From a virus (taxonomy: Duplodnaviria > Caudoviricetes), in IMG/VR virus record IMGVR_UViG_3300009788_000015, positions 1 to 58,953 of that record: a DNA stretch of 58,953 bases. The stretch is one strand, 5' to 3'. Positions 27,624 to 36,792 of the stretch are shown here, piece after piece. The translations under genes were made by a program, and so were the position numbers. How positions within the stretch are numbered: the stretch's first letter is position 1; the number at the start of each line of letters is the position of its first letter. A model generated the notes under the pieces. It did not search any database, had not been told where the DNA came from, and was given only the letters and a program-made list of their open reading frames with translations.

Positions 27624-28030
27624 ACGTCACGATCAACATTGGCATCACGGCAGCGACCAACCTGGACCACCTAGCGCAGGCCATCGGCTACATGCGCAGC
27701 ATCGAGGAAGGCTGCGAGGTGGCGGCGACCGAGGCGCCCGAGCCCAAGAAGGACGACGTCGCCGCGAAGGCCGCGGCGAAGAAGGCGGCCGCCTCGAAGA
27801 GGCGGGCGGCCGCGAAGAAGACCGCCGAGATCGTGGACGACGACCCGCTCGGCGTCGGCGAAGACGCCGACGGCCCGACCCTCGACGAGGTCAAGGAGGC
27901 GGTGCGCGGCTTCATCGCCGACAACTCGGTCGAGGCCATGAAGGAGCTGCTCGGCGAGTTCGGGGCCAAGAAGCTGAGCGAGCTTGACGAGGCCAAATAC
28001 GGCGAGCTGGTGCAGCGCCTGGCGACGTGA
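27620..28030 (+). CDS. Conserved small protein preceding DUF2800
   Basis: PTLDEVKEAV...KELLGEFGAKKLSEL...YGEL C-terminus typical of this module. Confidence 0.7.
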   Translation: MNVTINIGITAATNLDHLAQAIGYMRSIEEGCEVAATEAPEPKKDDVAAKAAAKKAAASKRRAAAKKTAEIVDDDPLGVGEDADGPTLDEVKEAVRGFIADNSVEAMKELLGEFGAKKLSELDEAKYGELVQRLAT

Positions 28031-29217
28031 GCGGCCACGCCGAGCTCGCACCGTCCGCATCCGAGCGGTGGACCCGGTGCCCGGGCAGCGTCGGGCTCTG
28101 CCGCGGCATCCCCGACGAGGGCTCGCCGGCGGCGCGCGAGGGCACCTTCGCCCACGCCGTCGCCGAGCGGTGCCTCAAGAGCGGCCTGCAGGCCGAGGCC
28201 ATGCTCGACAGCACCGATGGCGAGTTCACCTGCGACGGGGACATGGTCGGGCACGTCCAGACCTACATCGACGCCGTGCTCGACGTGGAGCCCGCGCGGG
28301 GCTGCGAGCCGGCGTTCGAGGTGAAGGTCACCCTAACTGGCGTGCGCAACGACATCCACGGCACCCTCGACGCAATGGTGCTGGCGCCGGGCAACGTCCT
28401 GCACGTGTTCGACCTCAAGTACGGCAGCGGCGTGTTCGTCGACGTCGAGGACAACCCCCAGCTCAAGATATACGCGCTCGGGGTTCTGCTGACCTTCGGG
28501 TCTCTGATGTCCAAGGTGGAGGAGGTCGTGCTGCACGTCGTGCAGCCGCGCCACCACCGCGGCGGGCACAGCCTGTGGACCGTGGGCGCGGTCGAGCTGC
28601 GCGCGTGGGGCTCGGTGGTGCTCAAGGAGGCGGCCAGGCTCACCGACGACCCGGCGGCGGCACTGCACGCCGGCGAGTGGTGCGGCTTCTGCCGCGCGAA
28701 GCCGATCTGCCCTGAGCTCAGGCGGGCGTCGCTGGAGCACGCGGGCCAGCTGTTCACCGACGAGACCATGGAGGCCCCCGCGAAGGTGCCCCCAAAGCCC
28801 GAGTCCCTCGGCCCCGAGGAGCTGGCCACGGCGCTGGCCGCCTTCCCGGTCATCGAGCAGTGGATCAGGGCCGAGCGCGAGCACGCCTACGGCCTCGCCG
28901 CGGGCGGCTCCGCGCCGCCCGGCTTCAAGCTCGTCGCCAAGGTCGGCAACCGCAGGTGGAAGGACGAGGCCGACGCCGCGGCGGCGCTGGAGATGTTCCT
29001 CCCGGACGGCAAGGAGCCGTGGCAGGAGCGCCGGCTCCTGTCACCGGCGCAGGCCGAGAAGCTGCTCGGAAAAGGCGACAAGAAGGTCGTCGCTGGGCTC
29101 ACCACCAAGCCCCATACTGGAAGCGTCCTGGTACCCGTGGCCGACAAACGCCCCGCGCTCGTGCGCGCGGACGTGTTCGACGACGGGGCCGCACTAACCA
29201 ACACTGACCAACCCTAA
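28027..29217 (+). CDS. DUF2800 / Cas4-like PD-(D/E)xK exonuclease
   Basis: HAELAPSASERWTRCPGS, EGTFAH, GTLD, DLKYG, QLKIYALG, WCGFCRAKPIC. Confidence 0.9.
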   Translation: MSGHAELAPSASERWTRCPGSVGLCRGIPDEGSPAAREGTFAHAVAERCLKSGLQAEAMLDSTDGEFTCDGDMVGHVQTYIDAVLDVEPARGCEPAFEVKVTLTGVRNDIHGTLDAMVLAPGNVLHVFDLKYGSGVFVDVEDNPQLKIYALGVLLTFGSLMSKVEEVVLHVVQPRHHRGGHSLWTVGAVELRAWGSVVLKEAARLTDDPAAALHAGEWCGFCRAKPICPELRRASLEHAGQLFTDETMEAPAKVPPKPESLGPEELATALAAFPVIEQWIRAEREHAYGLAAGGSAPPGFKLVAKVGNRRWKDEADAAAALEMFLPDGKEPWQERRLLSPAQAEKLLGKGDKKVVAGLTTKPHTGSVLVPVADKRPALVRADVFDDGAALTNTDQP

Positions 29218-29234
29218 AAGCTGAGGAAACTACC

Positions 29235-29825
29235 ATGGCAGAACTAGGACCCACTGAGATCGTCACGCCCCCGCTGCGTCTCGCGTTCCCCGCCCTCTTC
29301 GAGCCTAAGCCGGTCGCGAAGGGCAAGAGCGACGAGATGTACCAGGCGGTGCTGCTGCTCCCGCCCGACACCGACCTCAAGCCCTTCGCCGCGTGCATCA
29401 AGGCGGCGGCGCTGGAGAAGTTCGGCAAGCTGCCGCCGATGGCGGCGGACAAGAACCCCATCAAGAGCTGCGCGGGCAAGTCGCAGTTCGCGGGCTACGA
29501 CGAGGGGTGGCATTACATCAACACGAAGTCCAAGTTCGAGCCGACGGTCGTGGACCAGCGGCGGCAGTCGATCATCGACCCCAAGATGATCTTCGCCGGC
29601 TGCTGGTGTCGGTTCCACATCAACGCCTTCGCCTACGACCACCCCCAGGGCGGCAAGGGCGTCAGCTTCGGGCTCAACGCCGTGCAGCTGGTCCGCGAGG
29701 ACGAGCGGCTCGACGGGCGCAAGACCGCCGAGGAGGTGTTCGACCCCATCGAGGTCGAGGGCGACGAGGACGTGGCCTTCCAGGAGGCCGCCACCGAGAC
29801 CGACGCCGAGGCGCTGTTCGGCTAG
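29235..29825 (+). CDS. ssb: Single-stranded DNA-binding protein (DUF2815, gp2.5-like)
   Basis: RLAFPALFEPK...FAGCWCR...KGVSFGLNAVQLVREDERL; acidic tail. Confidence 0.88.
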   Translation: MAELGPTEIVTPPLRLAFPALFEPKPVAKGKSDEMYQAVLLLPPDTDLKPFAACIKAAALEKFGKLPPMAADKNPIKSCAGKSQFAGYDEGWHYINTKSKFEPTVVDQRRQSIIDPKMIFAGCWCRFHINAFAYDHPQGGKGVSFGLNAVQLVREDERLDGRKTAEEVFDPIEVEGDEDVAFQEAATETDAEALFG

Positions 29826-29838
29826 GAGCGTGCCGCAG

Positions 29839-30495
29839 ATGGGTCACGCCAAGATACGGCTCCTGCTCGACCAGGAGGCGGACCCTCCTGACCCGGCGCG
29901 ATACGTCGTCTGTTCTGGGTTGGTGCGGTCACGCCACCGCTGCCTCTGGGCGGTGGTGGACTCGCACGCTCAGTTGAGAGCCGCCGATGACTCGTATGAG
30001 GGGTTGGACCCGAAGGTCGGGCGCGCGCTGTTCGTGCCCCAGGTTGACCAACTCCAATTTGTCCGCCCCGACGGCACGGTCGTCGGGGCAGGCGTGGACG
30101 GGCTGGCCGAGTTCAGGCGCGAGGTCGCGGCGCAGATGCGGGGGCGAAACTCAGTGCCGGTGGACGTCGTCCGCGGCGATGGATTGCGTGAGACGATCAT
30201 GGCGCAGCCGGTGGGCGAGCACTTCGTCGTCTACCGCGGAGGTGATCCTCCCCGCGCGTGGCATGTAACTCACGTCGCGTCGGGCTTGGCCGCCCGCAGG
30301 GACTTGGGCACGAGGCTGCTGGCCGCGGCGATCGCGGTGGCGCTGCAGCGCATACCCATCCCGTGGGGGAAGGAGGAGCCACTGGCGCTCGAAAACACGA
30401 GCGTGGAGCTGGCGCTCCGGACGGGTCGCGCCGCAGGAATGACCGACTTGAAACTGCTGCGGGACGAGGCGGCGGTGGACGAGATGCTTCACTAG
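29839..30495 (+). CDS. Hypothetical protein
   Basis: AGGAG RBS; WHVTHVASGL motif. Confidence 0.55.
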   Translation: MGHAKIRLLLDQEADPPDPARYVVCSGLVRSRHRCLWAVVDSHAQLRAADDSYEGLDPKVGRALFVPQVDQLQFVRPDGTVVGAGVDGLAEFRREVAAQMRGRNSVPVDVVRGDGLRETIMAQPVGEHFVVYRGGDPPRAWHVTHVASGLAARRDLGTRLLAAAIAVALQRIPIPWGKEEPLALENTSVELALRTGRAAGMTDLKLLRDEAAVDEMLH

Positions 30496-30510
30496 CGAGG
30501 AGGTGGTAGC

Positions 30511-30732
30511 GTGCCCAAGGTGAAGTCAGACGACCCGGTGTATCGAATGCTGCACGACGACGAGCGCACCACGACGCCGACGGTGTTCGAGGAGGGCTGT
30601 TCCATCTGCGAGGATCCCGAGTTCGCGCGGATGGGGCTGCCTCTGTGCTACGCCTGCAGGTTCTGCAGCGGGCACGTGGCCGCCGACGACTGCGAGTGCG
30701 ACGAATGTGGCCGCGACCAGAGGGATGAATGA
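30511..30732 (+). CDS. Cys-rich Zn-binding protein
   Basis: CSIC...CYACRFC...CECDEC; GGAGG RBS. Confidence 0.6.
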   Translation: MPKVKSDDPVYRMLHDDERTTTPTVFEEGCSICEDPEFARMGLPLCYACRFCSGHVAADDCECDECGRDQRDE

Positions 30733-31686
30733 GCTGGCTCTATGTGCCGGGAACGGTGGCCTCTCGCTCGGACTACGCCTTGCTGTCGCAACGGCTCGCA
30801 CGGTCTGCGTGGTGGAGAGGGAAGCCTTCTGCTGCGCGGACCTGGCGCGCAAGATGTCGGCGGGCATCTTGGATTCGGCACCGCAACCTTCGATGGCCGC
30901 CCATGGCGTGGAGCAGTGGACCTCATCACTGCTGGCTTCCCGTGCCAGCCTTCCAGCGCGGCGGGCAAGGGCCTCGGCGTCGACGACCCGCGGTGGCTCT
31001 GGCCACAGGTCCAGCGCATCTGCGGGGAGGCGTCGCCCGGACTCGTCTTCCTCGAAAACGTCCCCGGGATCCGCACCAAGGGACTGGTCGAAGTCCTCGA
31101 AGGGCTTGCCGATCTCGGCTTCGATGCGTGGTGGGATTGTTTCAGCGCGGCCGAAGTCGGCGCGCCGCACCTCCGAAGGCGCTGGTTCTGCCTGGCTGCC
31201 CACCCCGAGCGCGCGGACCTACGGGACCTCTGGCAATGGGTGCCCGGGGGACGGCAGGGAGGCCTACGCGCACCGGGGGACGCCGAGCCTCAACACGATG
31301 GCGCGGACGGGGATGTGGCCATCTCCGAGTGCATCGGACGCCCTCGGGTCGAGGACCCTGCCACCGGGAACGACAGCGACGGGAGTAACGCCCGAAGGAA
31401 AGAAAAAGCAGGTCGGGTTGAACAACGCAGTGAGACTGTGGCCGACGCCGAAGGCGCGCGACTACAGGAGTGGCCGCTGTCGCCAGACGACGAGGCAACG
31501 GAACAGAGACCACTCGCCGGACCTGGAGAGGGTGGTTGGTGGTCTGCTGAACCCGACGTGGGTCGAGTGGCTGATGGGGTTGCCGACCGGGTGGACCGGC
31601 TCCGGTCCATCGGCAACGGGGTGGTCCCGCTGGTGGTCGCTCATGCGTTCAGAACTCTCGCGGCTCGGGCAGCTGGCGTGGATTGA
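30725..31686 (+). pseudogene. dcm: C5-cytosine DNA methyltransferase, frameshifted near 30884
   Basis: Motif I (LCAGNGG) is in the frame of ATG 30725. AGFPCQ, ENV, APHLRRRWF and RLRSIGNGV are in another frame. Confidence 0.8.
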
Positions 31687-31720
31687 CCGCGAGCGCGAGA
31701 TAGAGGACATCCTGTCCTGA
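30729..31720 (+). other. Overprinted alternative-frame ORF within the MTase (MSWLYVPG...WPTP...LNPTWVEWLMG), also split at ~30884
   Basis: Long open frames 30729-31388 and 30707-31720 overlap the MTase; TGATG coupling to the DNA polymerase. Confidence 0.5.
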
Positions 31721-33750
31721 TGGACCCGTTCAAGGGCGTGCTGTGCTTCGACTTCGAGACGAGCTCGGCGTGCGACATCAAGGCCGGCGCCTGGGCCTAC
31801 TCGGAGCACCCCACCACCATCGTGTACGTCGCGTGCATGGCCTACGCCGAGCGCGCGGGGCGCTACGACCACCGCGAGTGGTGGCCGGGCGGCCAGCTGG
31901 ACGCCGAGGTCGTCGACTTCATCCGCGCCGGTGGGATCCTGGTCGCGCACAACGTCGGGTTCGAGCGGTCAATCTGGGCGAACCTCCTGCTGGAGCAGGG
32001 TTGGCCTGGGACCGACGCGGGGCAGTGGTGCGACACCCAGAAGTTGGGCCTCGCGGTGAACCAACCGCTCGCGCTCGAAGGGCTCGCGCGGGCACTCGGG
32101 TGCCCGGTGCAGAAGGACAAGGAGGGGGCCAAGCTCATGAAGCGGATGGCTTCGCCCGTGGCCGACGGCGAGGGCGGCTGGGTCTACGACCGCGACCCCG
32201 ACCACCTCATGCGGCTGCACCAGTACTGCCGCGACGACGTCGCCGCGACGCTCGACTGCTACTTCCGGCTGCCGGCGCTGAGCGTGCGCGAGGCGCTGGT
32301 GGCGCGGGTGGACCAGCGGATCAACGAGCGCGGCGTCTACCTGGACCAGGACTTCGCGGCCAAGTGCCTGGGGGTCACGGCCGCGCGGTCGGCCGAGCTC
32401 GCCGACGAGGCGTTCGCCGCCACCGGGGGCTGGCTCTCCAACTCCACGGCCGCCCCGGCGCTGAAGGCGTGGCTCAAGTCGCAGGGCGTGGTGCTGCCCA
32501 AGGTGGTCCGCAAGAACGTCAGGGGGGAGCACAAGGCCAGCGAGTCCGTGGCCAAGGCCGTGGTCGTCGAGCTGCTGGGGGACCCCGACCTGCCCGCCGA
32601 GGTTCGCCAGGTCCTAGAAAACCGGGTCGAGGCCAACAAGGTGACCAGCCTGGCCAAGCTCAAGCGGGTGCCCACCATGGTTGGGACCGACGGGCGGCTG
32701 CGCCACGCGCTGCACTTCCACGGGGCCCACACGGGCCGCTGGACGTCCTCTGGGCTCCAAGTCCACAACCTGCCCAAGGACAACATGGAGCCCGGGGAGC
32801 GCGCCCTGGTGCGCCTGGTGCTGTCCTGCGGGGACCTGGACGGCCTGAAGCTCGCCACCGAGCGGCCGCTGGACGCCGTGAGCCAGTCACTGCGCTCGGT
32901 GATCGCCGCCCCGCCGGGGCGCGAGCTCGTCGCCGGCGACTTCTCGGGGATCGAGGCGCGGGTGATCGCGTGGCTCGCCGGCCAGGACGACATCCTGGCA
33001 GAGTTCGCGGCGGGCACCGACGTGTACGCGTACACGGCCGCGCGGATCGGCAGCACCAGCCGGCAGCTGGGCAAGGTGTGCGTGCTGGCGCTCGGCTATG
33101 GCATGGGCCCGCTGAAGTTTGCGTCCACGGCCGCGGCCGCGGGCATCCACCTGGAGAACAAGCAGGCGCGGGCGATCCAGCAGTTCTGGCGCCAGACCAA
33201 CCACTCGATCGTGGAGTTCTGGGCCCGCCTGGAGGAGGCCGCGCGCGACGCGATCGACAATCCTGGCACCGCGTTCCAGGTGGGGCTGGTCTACGTCATG
33301 GTCAAGGGCGACTGCCTGCTGCTGCGGCTGCCGTCCGGCCGGGCGCTGCGCTACTGGCGGCCGAGGATCGTCCCCGCCGTGAAGGAAGTCAAGACCATCA
33401 ATGAGGACGGCGAGGTCGTCACCGTCACGATGCACGTCGAGGAGGTCCGCTTCTTCACCATGGGCAAGGACAAGAAGTCCATGGCGCCCGAGTCGACCTA
33501 CGGCGGCAAGTTGGCGGAAAACGTGACCCAGGGCGCGGCGCGCGACCTGCTCGCCGACGCGCTGGTCCGGGTCGACGGCGTGGAGCCCTACGAGGTCGTC
33601 ATGCACGTCCACGATTCGATCGCGGCGGAGGTCCCCGAGGGTGGTGGCTCGGTGGACGAGTTCTGCGCGCTCATGGTGGACTCACCGCGGTGGGCCGACG
33701 GCTTGCCGGTCGCCGTGGACGGATATCGGGACGTGAGGTTCCGCGGCTAG
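31720..33750 (+). CDS. DNA polymerase family A with 3'-5' exonuclease
   Basis: FDFET, AHNVGFE, YCRDDV exonuclease motifs; TGRW, DFSGIEAR, RQLGKVCVLALGYG, HVHDSI polymerase motifs. Confidence 0.93.
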   Translation: MDPFKGVLCFDFETSSACDIKAGAWAYSEHPTTIVYVACMAYAERAGRYDHREWWPGGQLDAEVVDFIRAGGILVAHNVGFERSIWANLLLEQGWPGTDAGQWCDTQKLGLAVNQPLALEGLARALGCPVQKDKEGAKLMKRMASPVADGEGGWVYDRDPDHLMRLHQYCRDDVAATLDCYFRLPALSVREALVARVDQRINERGVYLDQDFAAKCLGVTAARSAELADEAFAATGGWLSNSTAAPALKAWLKSQGVVLPKVVRKNVRGEHKASESVAKAVVVELLGDPDLPAEVRQVLENRVEANKVTSLAKLKRVPTMVGTDGRLRHALHFHGAHTGRWTSSGLQVHNLPKDNMEPGERALVRLVLSCGDLDGLKLATERPLDAVSQSLRSVIAAPPGRELVAGDFSGIEARVIAWLAGQDDILAEFAAGTDVYAYTAARIGSTSRQLGKVCVLALGYGMGPLKFASTAAAAGIHLENKQARAIQQFWRQTNHSIVEFWARLEEAARDAIDNPGTAFQVGLVYVMVKGDCLLLRLPSGRALRYWRPRIVPAVKEVKTINEDGEVVTVTMHVEEVRFFTMGKDKKSMAPESTYGGKLAENVTQGAARDLLADALVRVDGVEPYEVVMHVHDSIAAEVPEGGGSVDEFCALMVDSPRWADGLPVAVDGYRDVRFRG

Positions 33751-33932
33751 TGTGCGACAAGCGGCACCGTTTTGAGCTGCAGTTCGAGGCCGAGGCCAAG
33801 GCCGACGAGCTCGCCAGGGTGGTGCCGCCGCGCATGGTGGTCTACTGGTGCGAGGAGTGCGAGCGCTGGTGCCTCACGTCGAGGCGACGGCACCCACGCG
33901 ACCTGTTCGCGGACCTAGGGGAGGTGCGCTAG
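33750..33932 (+). CDS. Small Zn-finger protein
   Basis: YWCEECERWCLTS; converges with the minus-strand operon. Confidence 0.55.
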   Translation: MCDKRHRFELQFEAEAKADELARVVPPRMVVYWCEECERWCLTSRRRHPRDLFADLGEVR

Positions 33933-34163
33933 GCGCTCCTCGTCGAAGCTCCAGGCGACCTCGCCGCAGAAGGCGTGGTCGAGCTGCACCAGGTAGGTCC
34001 ACCGCGCGAACTCCGGCGAGTTGAGGAACCTGCCCTTGACCTGCGTGACCGTGCCGCGCACGCGGCACTTGGCGCGGGGGAGGCCGTAGACCTCGCCGAA
34101 GTCGTAGGACACGCGGTCGCCGCCCTGGAACTTGCTGGGCCTGGCCCGCAGCGGCGACATCAT
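33915..34163 (-). CDS. SH3/KOW-like small protein
   Basis: KFQGGDRV...GTVTQV...YLVQLD...FDEERL. Confidence 0.5.
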   Translation of the reverse strand: MMSPLRARPSKFQGGDRVSYDFGEVYGLPRAKCRVRGTVTQVKGRFLNSPEFARWTYLVQLDHAFCGEVAWSFDEERLAHLP

Positions 34164-34594
34164 CGAGGGGCGTCTCCGTCGTCGGGCCCCTCGTCGCCGG
34201 CCTTCTCGAGGAACCGCTGGAGCTCCGCGCCGAACTGGTCCGCGTCGTTGACGTCGCTGTTGGCGACCGAGGCGTCGAAGATCTCCCGCGCGCTCGCGTG
34301 CGCCGAGTACACCCCGCGCACGATCCAGCCGCCCGTGCCCAGGAGCCGGTTCTTGACGTTCTTGCAGAGCGCGCCCGGGTCGATCGACTGCCACTCCTCC
34401 TCCGTGATCGCGTAGAGGTCCCGGAAGACGGCGATGCGGCGGGCGTCGTCACCTGAGATGCAGTCGACGACGGCCATGCGGAACGCCTCCTGGATCAGCT
34501 TGCCAAGCAGGGGCTTCATCGACACCGACTCGGACGGCCTGTCGCCGTTGAAGAACTCGTCGCCGATCCAGTTCTTGCAGCTGTCCTCCGTCAC
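34160..34594 (-). CDS. Hypothetical protein
   Basis: Coupled GTGA/ATGA overlaps, GGAG RBS. Confidence 0.55.
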   Translation of the reverse strand: MTEDSCKNWIGDEFFNGDRPSESVSMKPLLGKLIQEAFRMAVVDCISGDDARRIAVFRDLYAITEEEWQSIDPGALCKNVKNRLLGTGGWIVRGVYSAHASAREIFDASVANSDVNDADQFGAELQRFLEKAGDEGPDDGDAPR

Positions 34595-34938
34595 TGGTCG
34601 TCCAACTCCTGCGCCGCCAGCTCCAGCCCCTGCAGCCGCATCCGCATCTGGACCCACGCCACGAACGCCCAGCCGGCGACGTCCACGAGCTCGTCGAGGA
34701 TCTCCTCCGCCGTGCCCGGCCTGTGGAAGCTCTTGTCGCCGTAGTCAATCGCGCCCTGCTCCAGCCGCGCCTTGAGCAGCCCGACGAACTCGACCTGCAG
34801 GGCGGCGCCCTGCGCCTTGGCCTGGCACGCCGTGCAGGCGCCATGCTCGTCGACGCACTCGTCACAGACGGCCACGTGGCAGTCTCTGCACGCCCTTGTC
34901 CAGGGTCGAACTCCACAGACCACGCAGGGCTTGTTCAC
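34591..34938 (-). CDS. Zn finger plus all-alpha nucleotide pyrophosphatase (MazG-like) domain
   Basis: Four CxxC; RLEQGAIDYG...EEILDELVDVAGW. Confidence 0.5.
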   Translation of the reverse strand: MNKPCVVCGVRPWTRACRDCHVAVCDECVDEHGACTACQAKAQGAALQVEFVGLLKARLEQGAIDYGDKSFHRPGTAEEILDELVDVAGWAFVAWVQMRMRLQGLELAAQELDDQ

Positions 34939-35498
34939 TCCTCCTTCCTCGCGACGTTCGACTCTCGCGACTTGATCGGCCCGACGCGGGTTTCGGCCTC
35001 GTCCGGCGGCTCGACGCACCTCTCGTGGTAGGAGCCCTCCGCGCCCTTGACGGCCTTGCTGTAGCCGAGGATGACGGGTCGCTTGCAGTGCGGGCAGCGG
35101 GGGTCGGTCGCGAGCACCTCGCTGGCGGTGGCGCGGGTGGCGTCGAACTCGGACTCGTACCTCTGAGTCCACGCCTCCACTCGGCGCGTCCACGCCTCAC
35201 CCCTTGATGAACCGAGCGAATTGCACAGTAAAAACATGGCGTCGTCGAGGAGTTTGTGAACCTCCATCCGCGCTGCGATCTCGAAGTCGTTCCGCGCCAG
35301 CAGGGCGGCGAAGGAGGTCGTCCTCGGTGGGTCGAACTTACCGAGTTGACCCTTCATGGTGATGTCCTCATCGCTATCTCCTTTGCGTGGTTTGAATCCC
35401 ATCTCGATCTCCTCCCTCGTCGGGTAGTCCTCCGGCCGCGGGCCGGGCAGCCCGTCGACGAACTTCTGCACGCGGTCGCGTTCTTCGTCGTCCTTCAA
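34935..35498 (-). CDS. Hypothetical protein with C-terminal CPHC...HERC finger
   Basis: TTG start with GGAGG; coupled. Confidence 0.5.
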   Translation of the reverse strand: MKDDEERDRVQKFVDGLPGPRPEDYPTREEIEMGFKPRKGDSDEDITMKGQLGKFDPPRTTSFAALLARNDFEIAARMEVHKLLDDAMFLLCNSLGSSRGEAWTRRVEAWTQRYESEFDATRATASEVLATDPRCPHCKRPVILGYSKAVKGAEGSYHERCVEPPDEAETRVGPIKSRESNVARKEE

Positions 35499-35740
35499 CG
35501 CCTCCCCCTCACCAGCGGCGGCGCGCCACGGCTGAAGGTCGCCCAAATCGCGAAGAACGCCGCTGCGGCTAGACCGCCAATCTGTGAACAGTCGAGCCCC
35601 GCGTTCCCCTCACCTGTCAGGCTGACCATGAAGATCGCGAGCAAAAGGACGACGATCATCCAGAGATCCGAGTTGTTGCTCCGGCGGGCACGCCTGACCC
35701 TTTGCCTGCTCCTGCGGATCCGCTCACGCTTGGTCAGCAT
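35495..35740 (-). CDS. Small two-TM membrane protein with basic N-terminus
   Basis: LWMIVVLLLAIFMVSL and GLAAAAFFAIWATF. Confidence 0.55.
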   Translation of the reverse strand: MLTKRERIRRSRQRVRRARRSNNSDLWMIVVLLLAIFMVSLTGEGNAGLDCSQIGGLAAAAFFAIWATFSRGAPPLVRGRR

Positions 35741-35985
35741 TACCACGCCTCCGCCCCATCGAGCGCGTCCATTTCCGCCTTCGAGTAGAGCCGGTAGGGC
35801 ACGTAGGGCTTCACGTCGTCAGGGCCGGTGCAGCCCACCAGCTCCATTGCCTGGACCCCGCCACCGGGGTTGACGCCGCGGCGGTGCGTGTTCTGGTGCG
35901 CCTCGGGAAAAGACGCGCCGTCGACGATGGTGCCGCCCAGGAAGCCCTCCTCCGACGAGAACGAGAACCACCACCACCGGCGCAT
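35740..35985 (-). CDS. Hypothetical protein (WWFSF...FLG...GVNPGG)
   Basis: Coupled ORF. Confidence 0.55.
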   Translation of the reverse strand: MRRWWWFSFSSEEGFLGGTIVDGASFPEAHQNTHRRGVNPGGGVQAMELVGCTGPDDVKPYVPYRLYSKAEMDALDGAEAW

Positions 35986-36473
35986 CACGGCGCGACCTCC
36001 CTCCACGGGTCGGACTGCTCCGTCGACCAGCACGTCATCTCGACCATGTGTGGGTTGATCCTGTTGACCGGCATCCGGTCGTCGACCAGGTCGCTCGCGC
36101 GCTGCTGGACCTCGTAGGTCCTGCCGCATCCGGGGGCGAAGCACGGCACCCCGGACCACGCGAGCTCGTCGTCGGCCGTCCGCCAGCAGAGCCAGGGCAC
36201 GACGGGGTGGTCCGGGTGGCAGGCGGGCACCCAGCGCGCCGCCCAGGTCTGCAGCTCCATGAGGCGATCCCGGTTCGCCTCGACGCGCGTCGCGCAGTAG
36301 TCGTCGCCGACGTGGCACTGGTCTCCGCGGTGGGCCCCGCACGCCTTGCAGGCGATCCAGCGAGGCGAGCTCGGCCCGTCCCTGCGCCCGGTCGGGTTGT
36401 CGAGCTGGTGGCGTAGGTTCTCGGCCTGGACGCCCAGGACCTGCGAATCGAAGTACACGAGGCGGACCGTCAC
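35985..36473 (-). CDS. Cys-rich hypothetical protein
   Basis: CKACGAHRGDQC; coupled. Confidence 0.5.
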   Translation of the reverse strand: MTVRLVYFDSQVLGVQAENLRHQLDNPTGRRDGPSSPRWIACKACGAHRGDQCHVGDDYCATRVEANRDRLMELQTWAARWVPACHPDHPVVPWLCWRTADDELAWSGVPCFAPGCGRTYEVQQRASDLVDDRMPVNRINPHMVEMTCWSTEQSDPWREVAP

Positions 36474-36718
36474 CGCGCGAACTCCCGGCGCTGCGCCTCG
36501 TTGGGCGGCTCGACCTCGACGTCGCCGGGCGGCGAGGCGTCGACCAGGCAGGGGACGCACAGGAAGATGCACTCGTGCTCCGCTGCGAGGTCGAGCGACG
36601 CCGGCGTGATCCAGATGGGCTCGCGGCACTCCAGGCACCGGCGGGGCACGGAGCTCTCGACCGGGTGCTGAACCTGGCCGCAGAGGTGACCGCACATCGT
36701 GTTCGGCCCGTCGTTCAC
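36470..36718 (-). CDS. Zn-binding small protein
   Basis: CLEC...CVPC; GGAGG RBS. Confidence 0.5.
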   Translation of the reverse strand: MNDGPNTMCGHLCGQVQHPVESSVPRRCLECREPIWITPASLDLAAEHECIFLCVPCLVDASPPGDVEVEPPNEAQRREFAR

Positions 36719-36792
36719 CGCGCGCGGTCCTCCGTGAAGCTCCAGCGTCGCAGGTCTTCTTCGGTGGCCAGCGGCAGCGCGAAGGCTTCCTC

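Noticed and set aside
28027-29217. Cas4-like nuclease as a sign of a CRISPR system
   Set aside because: Standard DUF2800-SSB-PolA phage module; no repeat-spacer array or other cas genes seen
23559-33750. YuA-type hypermodified-thymidine pathway, suggested by the YuA-like structural genes
   Set aside because: No dUMP hydroxymethylase, 5-hmdU kinase, aGPT-Pplase or ribonucleotide reductase motifs recognised
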